From Spirochaetia bacterium (GTDB taxonomy: Bacteria > Spirochaetota > Spirochaetia > DSM-2461), in the NCBI GenBank assembly GCA_963668315.1, contig OY764216.1, positions 576,001-640,000 of the forward strand: DNA of 64,000 nt, read 5' to 3'. The notes below the pieces were generated by a model. That model did not search any database, was not told the origin of the DNA, and saw only the letters and a program-made list of their open reading frames with translations. Made by a program: the position numbers and the translations under genes. This document shows, piece by piece, positions 27,795-38,207 of the stretch; positions within the stretch are counted from its first letter, which is position 1, and each line of letters begins with the position of its first letter.

Positions 27795-29024
27795 CTATGC
27801 ATCCTGGGAAGTGGACTTCATCTCCATCTCGAACAGGCGCTCCGCCTCTTTCTCTTCCGCCAGGATTCTTGTTTTCTCGGTCTTCTCTTCGGTCTTCATG
27901 CGCTTGTACGTCGCCTTCAGCTCACCCTTGAGACGGCTGATCTCATCATTGTCTCCGGACTGTTTGGCTCCGGCGATCCGGCGCAGCATATCTTCTTTAT
28001 ACAGATCGGACGCGGCGGGGATCCTGACTTCGGAAGCCTTTTTGTTCCGGTAGATATCCAAAAGGACCGCTCCGATAACGACCACACCGGTAAAGAAGGT
28101 CTGGTAGTGGGCCTGCAGATCCATGGAGGGAAGGCCGGTTCTCAGAACGCTCATGATGTAAACACCGATCATGGTGCCGAACACCGATCCGATACCGCCG
28201 GAAAGGGAGGTGCCGCCGATGACCGCACCGGCGATGGCGTACAGCTCGAAGCCCTGTCCCTGGGCGGGCATGACGGTGGTATAGACGGCGGCGAAGGCGA
28301 TGCCGCCGATACCGGCGCAGATACCGGAGATCACGTAGGCCATCATCTCCCACTTCTTCACGTTCACACCGGAAAGGCGGGCCGCTTCCTTGTTGCTGCC
28401 CACGGCGAAGATATACCGTCCCATCTTGGTTTTCGTCAGTATGATAAAGGCGATAAAGGCCGTTCCGAACAACACGATCGCCCCTGTGGGAATATCGCCC
28501 TTATCGGTTATCATCTTGAAAATGTCCTTGAACCAGCCGTCCTCGTTGGATCGGGTGGGAAAGGTAGCGCTCCGGACGTTGGAGACAATGGACCCCACGC
28601 CCATGGAGATCATCATCGTACCCAGGGTAGCGATGAACGGGGGCAGATCAAGCCGGGAAACCATCAGGCCGTTGAAAAAGCCGAAGGCCGTGGCGATCAC
28701 CAGGATAAGAATAAGGGAGAGCCACATCGGCCAGCCCCAGGTCTTGTAGGCCGTACCGCCAATGATGGCGGCGCACATCATAACGGTTCCCACCGAGAGG
28801 TCGATACCTCCCGTGATGATGACAAAGGTCACCCCTATGGCGATAAAGCCGATGTAATAGGAGGAATCCAGAATGTTGATCAACGTGGTGTAGGAAAAGA
28901 AGTTCCTTCCGAAGATTCCAAAGAAAATATACAGAATCACCAGGGCGGCAGGGGCCAGAAACTTCTGTAGCCCGATATCCCTGATCTTCTCCGCCATGCT
29001 TTTTTCGTTCAGACTGTTATCCAT
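27795..29024 (-). CDS. Sugar ABC transporter permease (RbsC-like) with charged C-terminal tail
   Basis: GGIDLSVG, PPFIATLG, GSNKEAARLSG, IGGTSLSGG. Confidence 0.94.
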   Translation of the reverse strand: MDNSLNEKSMAEKIRDIGLQKFLAPAALVILYIFFGIFGRNFFSYTTLINILDSSYYIGFIAIGVTFVIITGGIDLSVGTVMMCAAIIGGTAYKTWGWPMWLSLILILVIATAFGFFNGLMVSRLDLPPFIATLGTMMISMGVGSIVSNVRSATFPTRSNEDGWFKDIFKMITDKGDIPTGAIVLFGTAFIAFIILTKTKMGRYIFAVGSNKEAARLSGVNVKKWEMMAYVISGICAGIGGIAFAAVYTTVMPAQGQGFELYAIAGAVIGGTSLSGGIGSVFGTMIGVYIMSVLRTGLPSMDLQAHYQTFFTGVVVIGAVLLDIYRNKKASEVRIPAASDLYKEDMLRRIAGAKQSGDNDEISRLKGELKATYKRMKTEEKTEKTRILAEEKEAERLFEMEMKSTSQDA

Positions 29025-29030
29025 AAGCCT

Positions 29031-30524
29031 TTAATCCCTCTTTGTCGCGTATTTCATGATCTCTTCCTGATTGGCGTCCTGGATATCCAGCTCGCCGGTA
29101 ATCCTGCCTTCGCACATGACCAGCACCCGGTCGCTCATACGGAGGACTTCAGGAAGTTCGGAAGATATCATGATGATAGATTTTCCCTCTTTCACCAGTT
29201 CGTTCATGAGGGTATAGATTTCGCTTTTGGCCCCCACGTCGATTCCCCGGGTCGGCTCATCGAAGATCAGGATTTCGCTGTTCTTGATAAGCCATTTGGC
29301 GATTACTACCTTCTGCTGATTCCCCCCGGAGAGGTTCTTCAGCAGCTGATTTACCGTGGGGGTTTTGATCTTCAGAGTGTCCACATACTTCTCGGTGATG
29401 TCGGATACCTCTTTCTTGTGGATGAAAAGCCCCTTCTCGTAATCGTCATAAGAAGCCAGGATCGCATTTTCGGTCACGCTCAAACCCACGGCCAGGCCGA
29501 ACCGCTTTCTGTCTTCCGACAAATAACCGATTCCGTGGCGCACCGCATCCATGGGGGAAGTGATGCGAACGGGCTTCCCGTGTATCTCAACCAGGCCCGA
29601 TTCCACCGGATCGGCGCCGAAAAGCGCCCGGGCCGTTTCGGTCCGCCCCGCGCCCATCAGACCGGCGAACCCCAGGATCTCCCCTTTCTTCAGTTCGAAG
29701 GAGACGTTTTTCACCAGACGGCCCGCATTCAGATTTTTCACCCGGAGGACCACTTCCGCCCCGGCGGGCACATTGCTCTTGGCTTTGGGCTCTTCGTAAA
29801 TGACCCGGCCGACCATCATATTGATGATGTCTTCCTTGGTCAGATCCTTGGTGTCTCCTTTACCGGCGTTTTCCCCGTCCCGCATGACCGTGACCCGGTC
29901 GGTGATCTGACCGATCTCGTCCATCCGGTGGGAGATGTAAATCATGCCCACCCCTTTGGAAGCCAGATCCCGCATTATGGCAAAGAGTTCGTTGATCTCC
30001 GTCTCGGTCAGCGCCGCTGTAGGCTCGTCCAGAATGAGGATCTTCAGGTTGTGGGAGACCGCCTTGGCTATCTCCACCATCTGCTGCTTGCCCACCGTCA
30101 GTCGTCCCAGGGTTTCACGGGGATCGATATTCATATTCAGCTTGGCGAAAAGCTCTTCGGTCCGCCGGTTCAGTTCCTTGTCGTCAAGGAAGATTCCCTT
30201 GGTCGATTCCCGGCCGATAAAGATATTCTGGGCCACCGTGAGGTGCTCCATCATATTCAGTTCCTGGTGGATAATACCGATGCCCCGGCTCAGCGCCTCT
30301 TTCGGCCCCCGGGGGTTGTAAAGCTTTCCCAGATAATGGATTTCGCCGGAATCCTTGGGGAAAATCCCCGTCAGCGCCTTCATCATGGTAGACTTACCCG
30401 CCCCGTTCTCTCCGACCAGGGCATGGATCTCTCCGGCACGCAATTCAAAGTCGACACCCTTGAGGGCATGGACTCCGGAAAAGCGTTTATCGATTTTTTT
30501 CATGGAGAGTATTGTTTCACTCAA
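29031..30524 (-). CDS. Sugar ABC transporter ATP-binding protein (RbsA/MglA-like, two NBDs)
   Basis: GENGAGKS, DEPTAAL, LSGGNQQK, DEPTRGIDVGAK. TTG 30524 fits the SD better than GTG 30533. Confidence 0.96.
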   Translation of the reverse strand: MSETILSMKKIDKRFSGVHALKGVDFELRAGEIHALVGENGAGKSTMMKALTGIFPKDSGEIHYLGKLYNPRGPKEALSRGIGIIHQELNMMEHLTVAQNIFIGRESTKGIFLDDKELNRRTEELFAKLNMNIDPRETLGRLTVGKQQMVEIAKAVSHNLKILILDEPTAALTETEINELFAIMRDLASKGVGMIYISHRMDEIGQITDRVTVMRDGENAGKGDTKDLTKEDIINMMVGRVIYEEPKAKSNVPAGAEVVLRVKNLNAGRLVKNVSFELKKGEILGFAGLMGAGRTETARALFGADPVESGLVEIHGKPVRITSPMDAVRHGIGYLSEDRKRFGLAVGLSVTENAILASYDDYEKGLFIHKKEVSDITEKYVDTLKIKTPTVNQLLKNLSGGNQQKVVIAKWLIKNSEILIFDEPTRGIDVGAKSEIYTLMNELVKEGKSIIMISSELPEVLRMSDRVLVMCEGRITGELDIQDANQEEIMKYATKRD

Positions 30525-30599
30525 ACCGCACACTCCTTCCTAAATTTTCCTGTGAGGATACATCAGTATCCCCCCGAATTCTGAATCGCGAAATGGAGT

Positions 30600-30627
30600 A
30601 TTTTCCGGTGAATGTTGAAAATTTTCC
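30600..30627 (-). promoter_or_regulatory. Candidate AraC/YesN-type operator: direct repeat with 21-bp period
   Basis: GGAAAAT-N14-GGAAAAT on the minus strand, just upstream of the -35 position of a GATACT -10 at 30565-30570. Confidence 0.5.
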
Positions 30628-30779
30628 TATGGAAGGGGGGAATCCTTTTATGACACTGAGATAATTAGTGAATAAATACTCACTTACCGAAAAACACAGA
30701 AATATTATTATTTTATTGCGATCACCCATTTATCGTGATATCTTCTTTAACTTCTAATACATAACAGACAGGAGACTTT

Positions 30780-33287
30780 ATGAAAAACAAGGGATTATTC
30801 TTATTATTGACATCTTTCATTCTGGTTCTATCAGGATGTAGTGACGTCAATAAGCCGGCAGATACAGTCACACCGGTACCGCTTCAAGTATCAGCTCCGG
30901 TTCTCGATCCTCCCGAAGGGGAACTGGCTTCCGTACCAGTTGATATCACCTTCACCTCAGCTACGGACGGGGTAATCTTCCATTACACCATGGACGGGAC
31001 GGACCCGACATCCGCCTCGACAGACGGAACCAGCTGCCGTCTTACCGGTCCCGCCGTCCTTAAGGTAATAGCCTCTAAAGACGGTATGACCGATTCAGAA
31101 ATTACAACCGCGTCCTATACGGTTAAAGCAATTCCTAGCAGCGATGCCGACCTGGCTTCCCTTGTGCCCTCTATGGGTATCTTTCAACCTAATTTCACTC
31201 CCGACCAGCTGACGTACAACATTATCATTCCCGAAAGCCAGTCTTCGATTATCCTAACCCCCGAGGCCAGCGGTCCGGGAACGACCATTACACAGAACGG
31301 GGATACGGTCACCTCCGGGAGTGCCGGAACGGCCGTCAGCGTCAACGCCGGCGGTACAATCGCATACCGCATTGTAGCGGAGGACGGTACAACGGAAAAA
31401 ACCTATACCCTGACGATGAAAACGGTGGACCAGGACTCATGGGACACGATAGAACCGGAAGGAACCTGCAACAGAAACTATTTTACGGATTTCGCGACTT
31501 CCCATGATGGTACAGTCCTGGCAACGATCCATGATCGATTACATTTCTCAATAAACAGCGGGACATCTTGGGCCGAATATCCCGATTCGGAGGAACGGAA
31601 TTGGGACTGCTCGGCCGTTTCCGGTGACGGCACAGTCATAGGGGGAACATACACAGAGGATGATGAAGCCTACTTCGTACAGTCAAGGAACGGAGGAGAT
31701 ACGTGGAAATCACCTGTCAAGATCGGGGAAGGGAGGATTTTCGATGTGGCCCTCTCCTCAGACGGGACCTACATATATACCGCCGTCTATAACTATTCCG
31801 GCGCTTACCTTCGCATGTCTTCCGACGGAGGGACGACCTGGTCCGATATAACTTCCCCCGGTCAGGAAAGCTGGATCAATGTGGAATGCTCATCGGACGG
31901 AACCAGAGTGCTGGCATCATACGGTTCAACCGGCCTGATTAGCGACAGCAAAGTTCTCTGGTTATCCAGTGATTCCGGCGCTACCTGGGCTTCTCAGGAA
32001 GATCTTTCATCCTATTTCAACTATCTGTCCCTCACGGCGGATGGTATGAAAATCGTCGCCGGCGCTTTCGGAAAGTACATCAGGGTTTCCACAGATTTCG
32101 GAACAACCTGGGATGAATTTACAAAAAAGGCGGATTGCCTCTCTTACAGTCCGGACGGATCATTGCTGATAATATCCTCCTATAACGGTACATCCTATGA
32201 CCTTTTTGTTTCCGAAGACGATGGAGAGTACTGGACGGATTATGAGGACATGACCTGGCCGGCTAAAGTTCTGGCTCCCACATCCGACGGTAATACAATA
32301 TATGCCACCAAGGGCAATACCCATGGATTCGCCAAGGTTTCAGAGAACAAAGGAGCCGACTGGACTGATATAAAGAATATCGGTCGAAGGGACTGGACGG
32401 ATGTGGCCATCTCCCCGGAAGACGGTCAATTCCAGGCGGCACTCTTTGACGACGGCAGCGAAGGGATTCTCTTTCTCTCCGATGATTTCGGAAGCAGCTG
32501 GACGGAAAATACCGCACTTCCCTCATCAACCTGGAGGAATGTCTCACTTTCAAATGACGGGCAGACAATCCTTATTACCGGAGAAGAAAAAACAAAACTG
32601 GCTCTTTCCTCTGATGGAGGACAAAGCTGGTCGGACACAACCCTGGAATCAGAATATGACGACTGGCAGGGCCAGGCCGTATCTTCCGACGGTAATACGC
32701 TCCTGGCTCTCCAGGACTACGGTTCTCCTTTCATTTCCTTGGACGGCGGCAGTTCATGGTCTACGATATCCGGTCCGGCTGACGGGCTGCACTGGACTGC
32801 TGCTGCAGTTTCAAGGGACGGCAACTCAATGGCTATCGCAGGAAAGGAGCTCTGGACTTCAACCGACGGGGGAACGACCTGGACGAATTTAAACAAGGAT
32901 GGTTTTTGGAACGATGTTGATATATCCGAAGACGGGACCCATATCCTCCTTGTCTACACAAGTGGGAAGGATATTGAATATACAACAGACGGGGGAGTAA
33001 ATTGGGAGAAAACCGATTTCAAAAATTCCGATTACCCCTATCCTATCTCTGCCCGACTCTCTAGCTACGGAGAAGGAATAGTCCTTGCCATGAGCAAATC
33101 CTACTATTATGCAGATGATCTACCCACGTCTCCCGGAGACCTATTAATATCCATGAACGGCGGGACGACATGGGATTCTGCCGACGGAGCCGGGATGTCC
33201 AAATGGACAGCTGTAGATGCCAGCAGTGACCTATCTGTAATAGCAGGCGTGGCTCTTGATCAAAAAGGAATTACAATCAATAAGTAA
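30780..33287 (+). CDS. Large surface lipoprotein: Fn3-associated and cadherin-like domains plus Asp-box (BNR) beta-propeller
   Basis: Lipobox LSG-C; HYTMDGTDPT; ADLASL...F.PD...Y...AEDG..KTYTL; 13 S/T-x-D/N-x-G-x-x-W repeats. Confidence 0.85.
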   Translation: MKNKGLFLLLTSFILVLSGCSDVNKPADTVTPVPLQVSAPVLDPPEGELASVPVDITFTSATDGVIFHYTMDGTDPTSASTDGTSCRLTGPAVLKVIASKDGMTDSEITTASYTVKAIPSSDADLASLVPSMGIFQPNFTPDQLTYNIIIPESQSSIILTPEASGPGTTITQNGDTVTSGSAGTAVSVNAGGTIAYRIVAEDGTTEKTYTLTMKTVDQDSWDTIEPEGTCNRNYFTDFATSHDGTVLATIHDRLHFSINSGTSWAEYPDSEERNWDCSAVSGDGTVIGGTYTEDDEAYFVQSRNGGDTWKSPVKIGEGRIFDVALSSDGTYIYTAVYNYSGAYLRMSSDGGTTWSDITSPGQESWINVECSSDGTRVLASYGSTGLISDSKVLWLSSDSGATWASQEDLSSYFNYLSLTADGMKIVAGAFGKYIRVSTDFGTTWDEFTKKADCLSYSPDGSLLIISSYNGTSYDLFVSEDDGEYWTDYEDMTWPAKVLAPTSDGNTIYATKGNTHGFAKVSENKGADWTDIKNIGRRDWTDVAISPEDGQFQAALFDDGSEGILFLSDDFGSSWTENTALPSSTWRNVSLSNDGQTILITGEEKTKLALSSDGGQSWSDTTLESEYDDWQGQAVSSDGNTLLALQDYGSPFISLDGGSSWSTISGPADGLHWTAAAVSRDGNSMAIAGKELWTSTDGGTTWTNLNKDGFWNDVDISEDGTHILLVYTSGKDIEYTTDGGVNWEKTDFKNSDYPYPISARLSSYGEGIVLAMSKSYYYADDLPTSPGDLLISMNGGTTWDSADGAGMSKWTAVDASSDLSVIAGVALDQKGITINK

Positions 33288-33293
33288 ATGCCC

Positions 33294-33320
33294 GGGGCAG
33301 CGTCTCAAGGATGCTGCCCC
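33294..33320 (+). terminator. Stem-loop, probable terminator
   Basis: GGGGCAGCGTC-TCAAG-GATGCTGCCCC immediately after the stop codon; the U-tract is not adjacent. Confidence 0.55.
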
Positions 33321-33510
33321 AACTCTGATTTTTCTTTTCCCCGGAAATCACCGCCAAATCCTAAATTTCTCCACCCTATCTTAATTTTCCCTCTCTTGTG
33401 TCATCTGAAAGCTGTGTTATCATTTTTGAACATGCTTAATACAACGGGAAGGGCGAGATGTCCTATTTCCCTATCTGATAAAAGCATAATTCAAGGAGAA
33501 AGAGGAAAAA

Positions 33511-36500
33511 ATGATTCGTTTTCTAATTAATGTTTTCACTCCGTTCTTTACAGATCTGGGCGTCAGCCCGACGGATGTAGAACAGTATGCGTACGCCCTG
33601 AGCGGCTATGTTTACGCCATATTTATCCTTTTGGTGATTGCGGTTGCTGTTATCGTGGCCGCCCGCTGGTTCGCGAAGAAAGGGACTAAGCACGTCGTAA
33701 GATGGACGGCGGCCGTATCCTGGCTCGTTATAGTGGGAATTCTCGCCAATGTGATTTCCTTCGGACCGATGTATAATAATATCGCCCCTATTATGAATGG
33801 AAGCGCCTCCGTTCCGGAAGAAACGATTGCCGCCTCCCGGGCGCTTATCGAAGAGACCGGTGACGAAGGAATGGTACTCGTCAAGAATGACGAGGCCCTG
33901 CTGCCCCTTGATAAAAACTCCAACATCAACGTTTTCGGCTGGGCCTCCACGAATCCGATTTACGGCGGAACCGGTTCCGGTTCTGCTTCCCAGGTCGGCA
34001 ATATCGATATTCTCGCTTCCATAAAGAATGCCGGTTTTACCGTCAACCAGGAAGTCATCGATATGTATGCGGGCTACCAGGCGACGAGAGCCAGCCGCGA
34101 CGGTGTCAGCATCGGCTTTACCGACTGGTCCCTCCCCGAGCCCCCCGTGGAAAATTATACCGATTCCCTTATGGAAAACGCGAAGAACTTTTCCGACAAG
34201 GCTGTTATCGTTCTGGGAAGATCCGGCGGAGAAGGTCAGGATGAACCCCTGGATATGAATGCCGTGATCAACGGTACCTATGATATCAAAGACAAAGTAG
34301 CCAACGGTCACCCCCGGTATAACTATTTTACGGCGGCCTATACCAATAACGGAGAATACGACGATTTCACTCCGGGCATGCACTACCTGGAACTCTCCGT
34401 CTCCGAAAGAAACATGATCGAGAAGGTCTGTGCCGATTTTGATGACGTTATCGTTGTTGTAAATGCGAACAACCCTATGGAACTCGGCTGGGTTAACGAA
34501 TATGACAGCATCGATTCGGTTATTCTCGCTCCCGGTACGGGAGCCACCGGCATGGCCGGTCTCGGAAGAATCCTGAGCGGCGAAACCAATCCCTCCGGCA
34601 GAACCGTCGATACCTATCTCTATGACCTTACGGCGACTCCCGCCTATAATAACTTCGGGAACTTCTCCTATACCAATGTGGAGGATATCAAGGCCGACCT
34701 GACAGAGCAGGATCCCGGTTTCCGGGGAGCCCTCAGCTTCCTGAATTATGCCGAAGGCATCTATGTGGGATATAAGTTCTGGGAAACCGCCGCCGAAGAA
34801 AACCTCATCGACTATGACGAGAGCGTTCTTTTCCCCTTCGGTCACGGCCTGAGCTATACCTCCTTTGACAAGTCCATTTCCCACTTCCAGGACAAGGGCG
34901 ACTCCGTCTCTCTCGACGTAAAAGTGACCAACACCGGTGACGTAGCGGGAAAGGACGTGGTCGAGATCTATTACTCCGCTCCCTATTACAACGGGGGAAT
35001 TGAGAAATCCTCCGTCAATCTGATCGATTTCGGAAAGACCGAAATCCTTCAGCCCGGTTCTTCGGAGACTATCTCCTTTGTTATTCCCAAGGAAGATATG
35101 GCTTCCTATGATTCCAGGGGCATCAAGACGGCCGGCAACGGCGGGTATGTTCTGGAAGCCGGAGAGTACACCATCTCCTTAAGGGCCGACTCCCACACCG
35201 TTCTGGATGAGGCGTCCTTTATGGTTGATGCCGATATCGATTACAGTGTCACCGGAAGGGTTTCCGACGATGACGTGGCCACCAACCAGTTCCAGGATTA
35301 CGCCCTGAATGACGGAACCCATGAAATTACCTATCTCTCCCGGGCCGACGGTTTTGCCAACTATGACGAAGCCACCGCCGCTCCCTATGACGATATGTAT
35401 GTCATGAATGACGCCAGAAGAGCTTTTATCATGGAAAAAGCCACCGCTTACTATGATCAGACAAAGTACGACAATCCCGAAGATGTCATGCCCGTAACCG
35501 AGGCGAAAAACGGACTCGGCCTGGCCGATCTCACCGGCAAATCCTACGACGATCCCCTCTGGGACCAGCTTCTGGATCAGCTGTCCGTTGAAGATATGAT
35601 CAACGTGGTCAACCTGGGCGGTTTCCAGACGGTCGCCATTGATTCGGTCGGCAAAGTGCAGACCCAGGACTCCGATGGAACTTCGGGACTGAACGACTGG
35701 TATATCCAGGTCTACGGTACGGCCTACTCCACCGAAATCCTGATCGCCCAGTCCTGGAACAAGGATCTCGCCTACCGCGTAGGCCAGGGCGTCGGCCAGG
35801 AATATGCCGACTGCCGCATCTTCGGCTCCTACTCCCCCGCCATGAACACCCACAGAACGGCCTTCGGCGGACGAAACTTCGAGTACTACTCCGAAGACGG
35901 CGTTCTCGCCGGATACATTGCCTCCCACACCGTCAACGGTCTGGCTTCCAAGGGCGTTTACCCCTACATCAAGCACTTCGCCCTTAACGAGCAGGAAACC
36001 GACCGGTGCAGCCTCCTCCAGACCTTCTCCGACGAGCAGGCCATCAGGGAGATCTATCTGAAGCCCTTCGAGTACGCCGTCAAGAAATACGAGGGAACGG
36101 CCATTGCCGCCATGTCCTCCTTTAACTTCATCGGCGACAGGTACAGCGGTTCCAACCCCAGCCTCCTGAATAACGTATTGAGGGGCGAGTGGGGATTCAG
36201 GGGACTGGTTCTTTCCGACTGGTACGGTTCCTACGGTTACCAGAATACGGTGGACTGCGTCCTTAACGGAAACGATTCCATGCTCGGATTCAACAATAAC
36301 GCCTCTTCCAAGATTACCCATACGTCACCCACTATTGTCAAAGCGATGAGACAGGCTTCCAAGAACCTGTTCTACACCGTGGCCAACAGCGGGAACTACA
36401 CCATCCCCGACCCCGATGCGGGCAAGATGGATCCCATGAACAAAACCTACATGTGGATCGATATTATTGCCGCCGTCGTTCTTCTGGGGGCTCTGGCCGC

Positions 36501-36540
36501 TGTCTATGTCAGGTACTTCAGAAAGAAGAGGGAAGAATAG
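33511..36540 (+). CDS. Glycoside hydrolase family 3 beta-glucosidase-like, membrane-anchored, with permuted domains
   Basis: Two N-terminal TMs; GH3_C (GMVLVKN, NPSGRT, EGIYVGY), then Fn3-like, then GH3_N (GRNFEYYSED, KHF, LSDW nucleophile); C-terminal TM plus basic tail. Confidence 0.94.
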   Translation: MIRFLINVFTPFFTDLGVSPTDVEQYAYALSGYVYAIFILLVIAVAVIVAARWFAKKGTKHVVRWTAAVSWLVIVGILANVISFGPMYNNIAPIMNGSASVPEETIAASRALIEETGDEGMVLVKNDEALLPLDKNSNINVFGWASTNPIYGGTGSGSASQVGNIDILASIKNAGFTVNQEVIDMYAGYQATRASRDGVSIGFTDWSLPEPPVENYTDSLMENAKNFSDKAVIVLGRSGGEGQDEPLDMNAVINGTYDIKDKVANGHPRYNYFTAAYTNNGEYDDFTPGMHYLELSVSERNMIEKVCADFDDVIVVVNANNPMELGWVNEYDSIDSVILAPGTGATGMAGLGRILSGETNPSGRTVDTYLYDLTATPAYNNFGNFSYTNVEDIKADLTEQDPGFRGALSFLNYAEGIYVGYKFWETAAEENLIDYDESVLFPFGHGLSYTSFDKSISHFQDKGDSVSLDVKVTNTGDVAGKDVVEIYYSAPYYNGGIEKSSVNLIDFGKTEILQPGSSETISFVIPKEDMASYDSRGIKTAGNGGYVLEAGEYTISLRADSHTVLDEASFMVDADIDYSVTGRVSDDDVATNQFQDYALNDGTHEITYLSRADGFANYDEATAAPYDDMYVMNDARRAFIMEKATAYYDQTKYDNPEDVMPVTEAKNGLGLADLTGKSYDDPLWDQLLDQLSVEDMINVVNLGGFQTVAIDSVGKVQTQDSDGTSGLNDWYIQVYGTAYSTEILIAQSWNKDLAYRVGQGVGQEYADCRIFGSYSPAMNTHRTAFGGRNFEYYSEDGVLAGYIASHTVNGLASKGVYPYIKHFALNEQETDRCSLLQTFSDEQAIREIYLKPFEYAVKKYEGTAIAAMSSFNFIGDRYSGSNPSLLNNVLRGEWGFRGLVLSDWYGSYGYQNTVDCVLNGNDSMLGFNNNASSKITHTSPTIVKAMRQASKNLFYTVANSGNYTIPDPDAGKMDPMNKTYMWIDIIAAVVLLGALAAVYVRYFRKKREE

Positions 36541-36579
36541 GGTTTACTGAGTAATCTCCCAATATAGTAAAATAGTGAT

Positions 36580-36616
36580 GAGGCTGTTGCAGTATTATCT
36601 GTAACAGCCTCTTTTT
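36580..36616 (+). terminator. Rho-independent terminator
   Basis: GAGGCTGTTGCAG-N6-CTGTAACAGCCTC followed by TTTTT. Confidence 0.85.
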
Positions 36617-36659
36617 ACGGCACGCCTTTCCTTCTCTCTTCGGTTGAATAAATCACGGG

Positions 36660-38207
36660 ATGATATATAATAGAATCAGCATGAAACCTCTTTTTACAGG
36701 TCTTACCATCGCTCTCTTCGCCGCTATAACAGTTCTGTTCCTCCTCGGGAAAAAAGCCGAAGCGGATCCCGAACCCGCCTATACGCCCCTCGGCTGGTAT
36801 ATCGATTTCGAATGGTTTAACCGGGTCTGGGGGGAAGATCTCGTTTCACGGGAAATCCGGAGCAGAACAGAGACCCAGGTCTCTTTCTACATCCCCGGTT
36901 CGGGGGGCAGCAACCACCGGAGCCTTTCCATGATGATAGCCACAAAAACCCTGCCCGATCTTATCACCCTCGACGCCGAGGATCTTCATGTCAGGGAGCT
37001 GATAGAGAGCGGACTTATCTATAATCTGGATGAACTGGCCGAAAGAAACGACTTCGAGTTCTACCGCTACATAGATCCGGAAGTTTACGACCATATCAGG
37101 CAGCCCGACGGGGGCCACTATTTCTATCCCAGTTACTCTGTCTCAAAAAGGGATTATGACGACTTGAAAGACAGGATGTACAACTCCTACGCGTTTATCG
37201 TCAGAAAAGATATCTACGAAGCAATAGGAAAGCCGGATATGACGACACCCCGGGGGTTTCTGAATGCTCTCCAGGCCGCCAGAGACGCTTTCCCCGAAAC
37301 GGAAGGCGGTCCTCTGATTCCCCTGGGCTTCAACGAAATGCAGACCGATCTGAACTCCCTGAACTTCCAGCTGAAGGGGATCCTGGGGCTTCCCAGGGAG
37401 GCTTCTCTCAACCCTCTCTATCTGAACTGGATAAAAACATTCCGTGAAGCCTACCAGAAAGGGCTTATCGCCCCTGAGATATTCATCGATAACAGGGCTC
37501 AGATACAGAGCCGCATCGTCAAGGGCAGGTATTTCTCCATGCTCTACCGCTTCCACGACGCCGAGGAGGCCCTGACCGAACTGTACACTGAAAATCCGGA
37601 TATGATGTACATCGCCGTTCCCGGTCCCTACCCTGAGGAGGGAGTTCCCCCGGAAGGCTACTACAACCTGGTCGATATCGACGGCTGGACGGTGACCATG
37701 GTCGCCCGTGACAGCGGGAATCCCGACGCGGCTTTCCGCCTGATGACCTTTCTCATGAGTCCCGAAGGTCAGCTTCTTATCAAATACGGAGTAAAGGGGA
37801 TAACCTGGCAGGAGACCGACGGACGGATCAGCCTGATCCCCGAAGTGGAGGCACTCAGAAATACGGACCGCGTCGAGTATAACCGGATTTACGGCGCCGA
37901 TTCCCACTACTGGATGCTGGAAAATCAATCCTTTCAGCTCCGTTACTGGCCGCAGCCCCTTTCGGGTCCTCTTGAACAGATTCGCGGATTCTCCCTGGGG
38001 AAAGTCCTCTATCAGGACAAATCCGAGTTAATCTCGCTCATGCTTGATGAGAAAGTCTCCGATGAATCCTTGTATCTGGACGATCTCAAATGGAACGATA
38101 CACTTCTGAAGCTGATTACCAGTGCGTCTGAAGAGGAGTTTGAGGAGATTCTGACCGAATACCGACTGTTCAGAAAAGATCTGGGGCTGAGCGATGCCTT
38201 TGAATAG
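36660..38207 (+). CDS. Extracellular solute-binding protein (family 1, LplA-like), probable sensor partner
   Basis: N-terminal TM; WYIDFEWF, LPDLI, VRKDIYEAIGKPD; overlaps the kinase start; no permeases adjacent. Confidence 0.87.
   Translation: MIYNRISMKPLFTGLTIALFAAITVLFLLGKKAEADPEPAYTPLGWYIDFEWFNRVWGEDLVSREIRSRTETQVSFYIPGSGGSNHRSLSMMIATKTLPDLITLDAEDLHVRELIESGLIYNLDELAERNDFEFYRYIDPEVYDHIRQPDGGHYFYPSYSVSKRDYDDLKDRMYNSYAFIVRKDIYEAIGKPDMTTPRGFLNALQAARDAFPETEGGPLIPLGFNEMQTDLNSLNFQLKGILGLPREASLNPLYLNWIKTFREAYQKGLIAPEIFIDNRAQIQSRIVKGRYFSMLYRFHDAEEALTELYTENPDMMYIAVPGPYPEEGVPPEGYYNLVDIDGWTVTMVARDSGNPDAAFRLMTFLMSPEGQLLIKYGVKGITWQETDGRISLIPEVEALRNTDRVEYNRIYGADSHYWMLENQSFQLRYWPQPLSGPLEQIRGFSLGKVLYQDKSELISLMLDEKVSDESLYLDDLKWNDTLLKLITSASEEEFEEILTEYRLFRKDLGLSDAFE

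Noticed and set aside
33288..33530. 80-aa ORF between the lipoprotein and GH3
   Set aside because: It runs through a hairpin and the GH3 promoter, has no SD and no motif.
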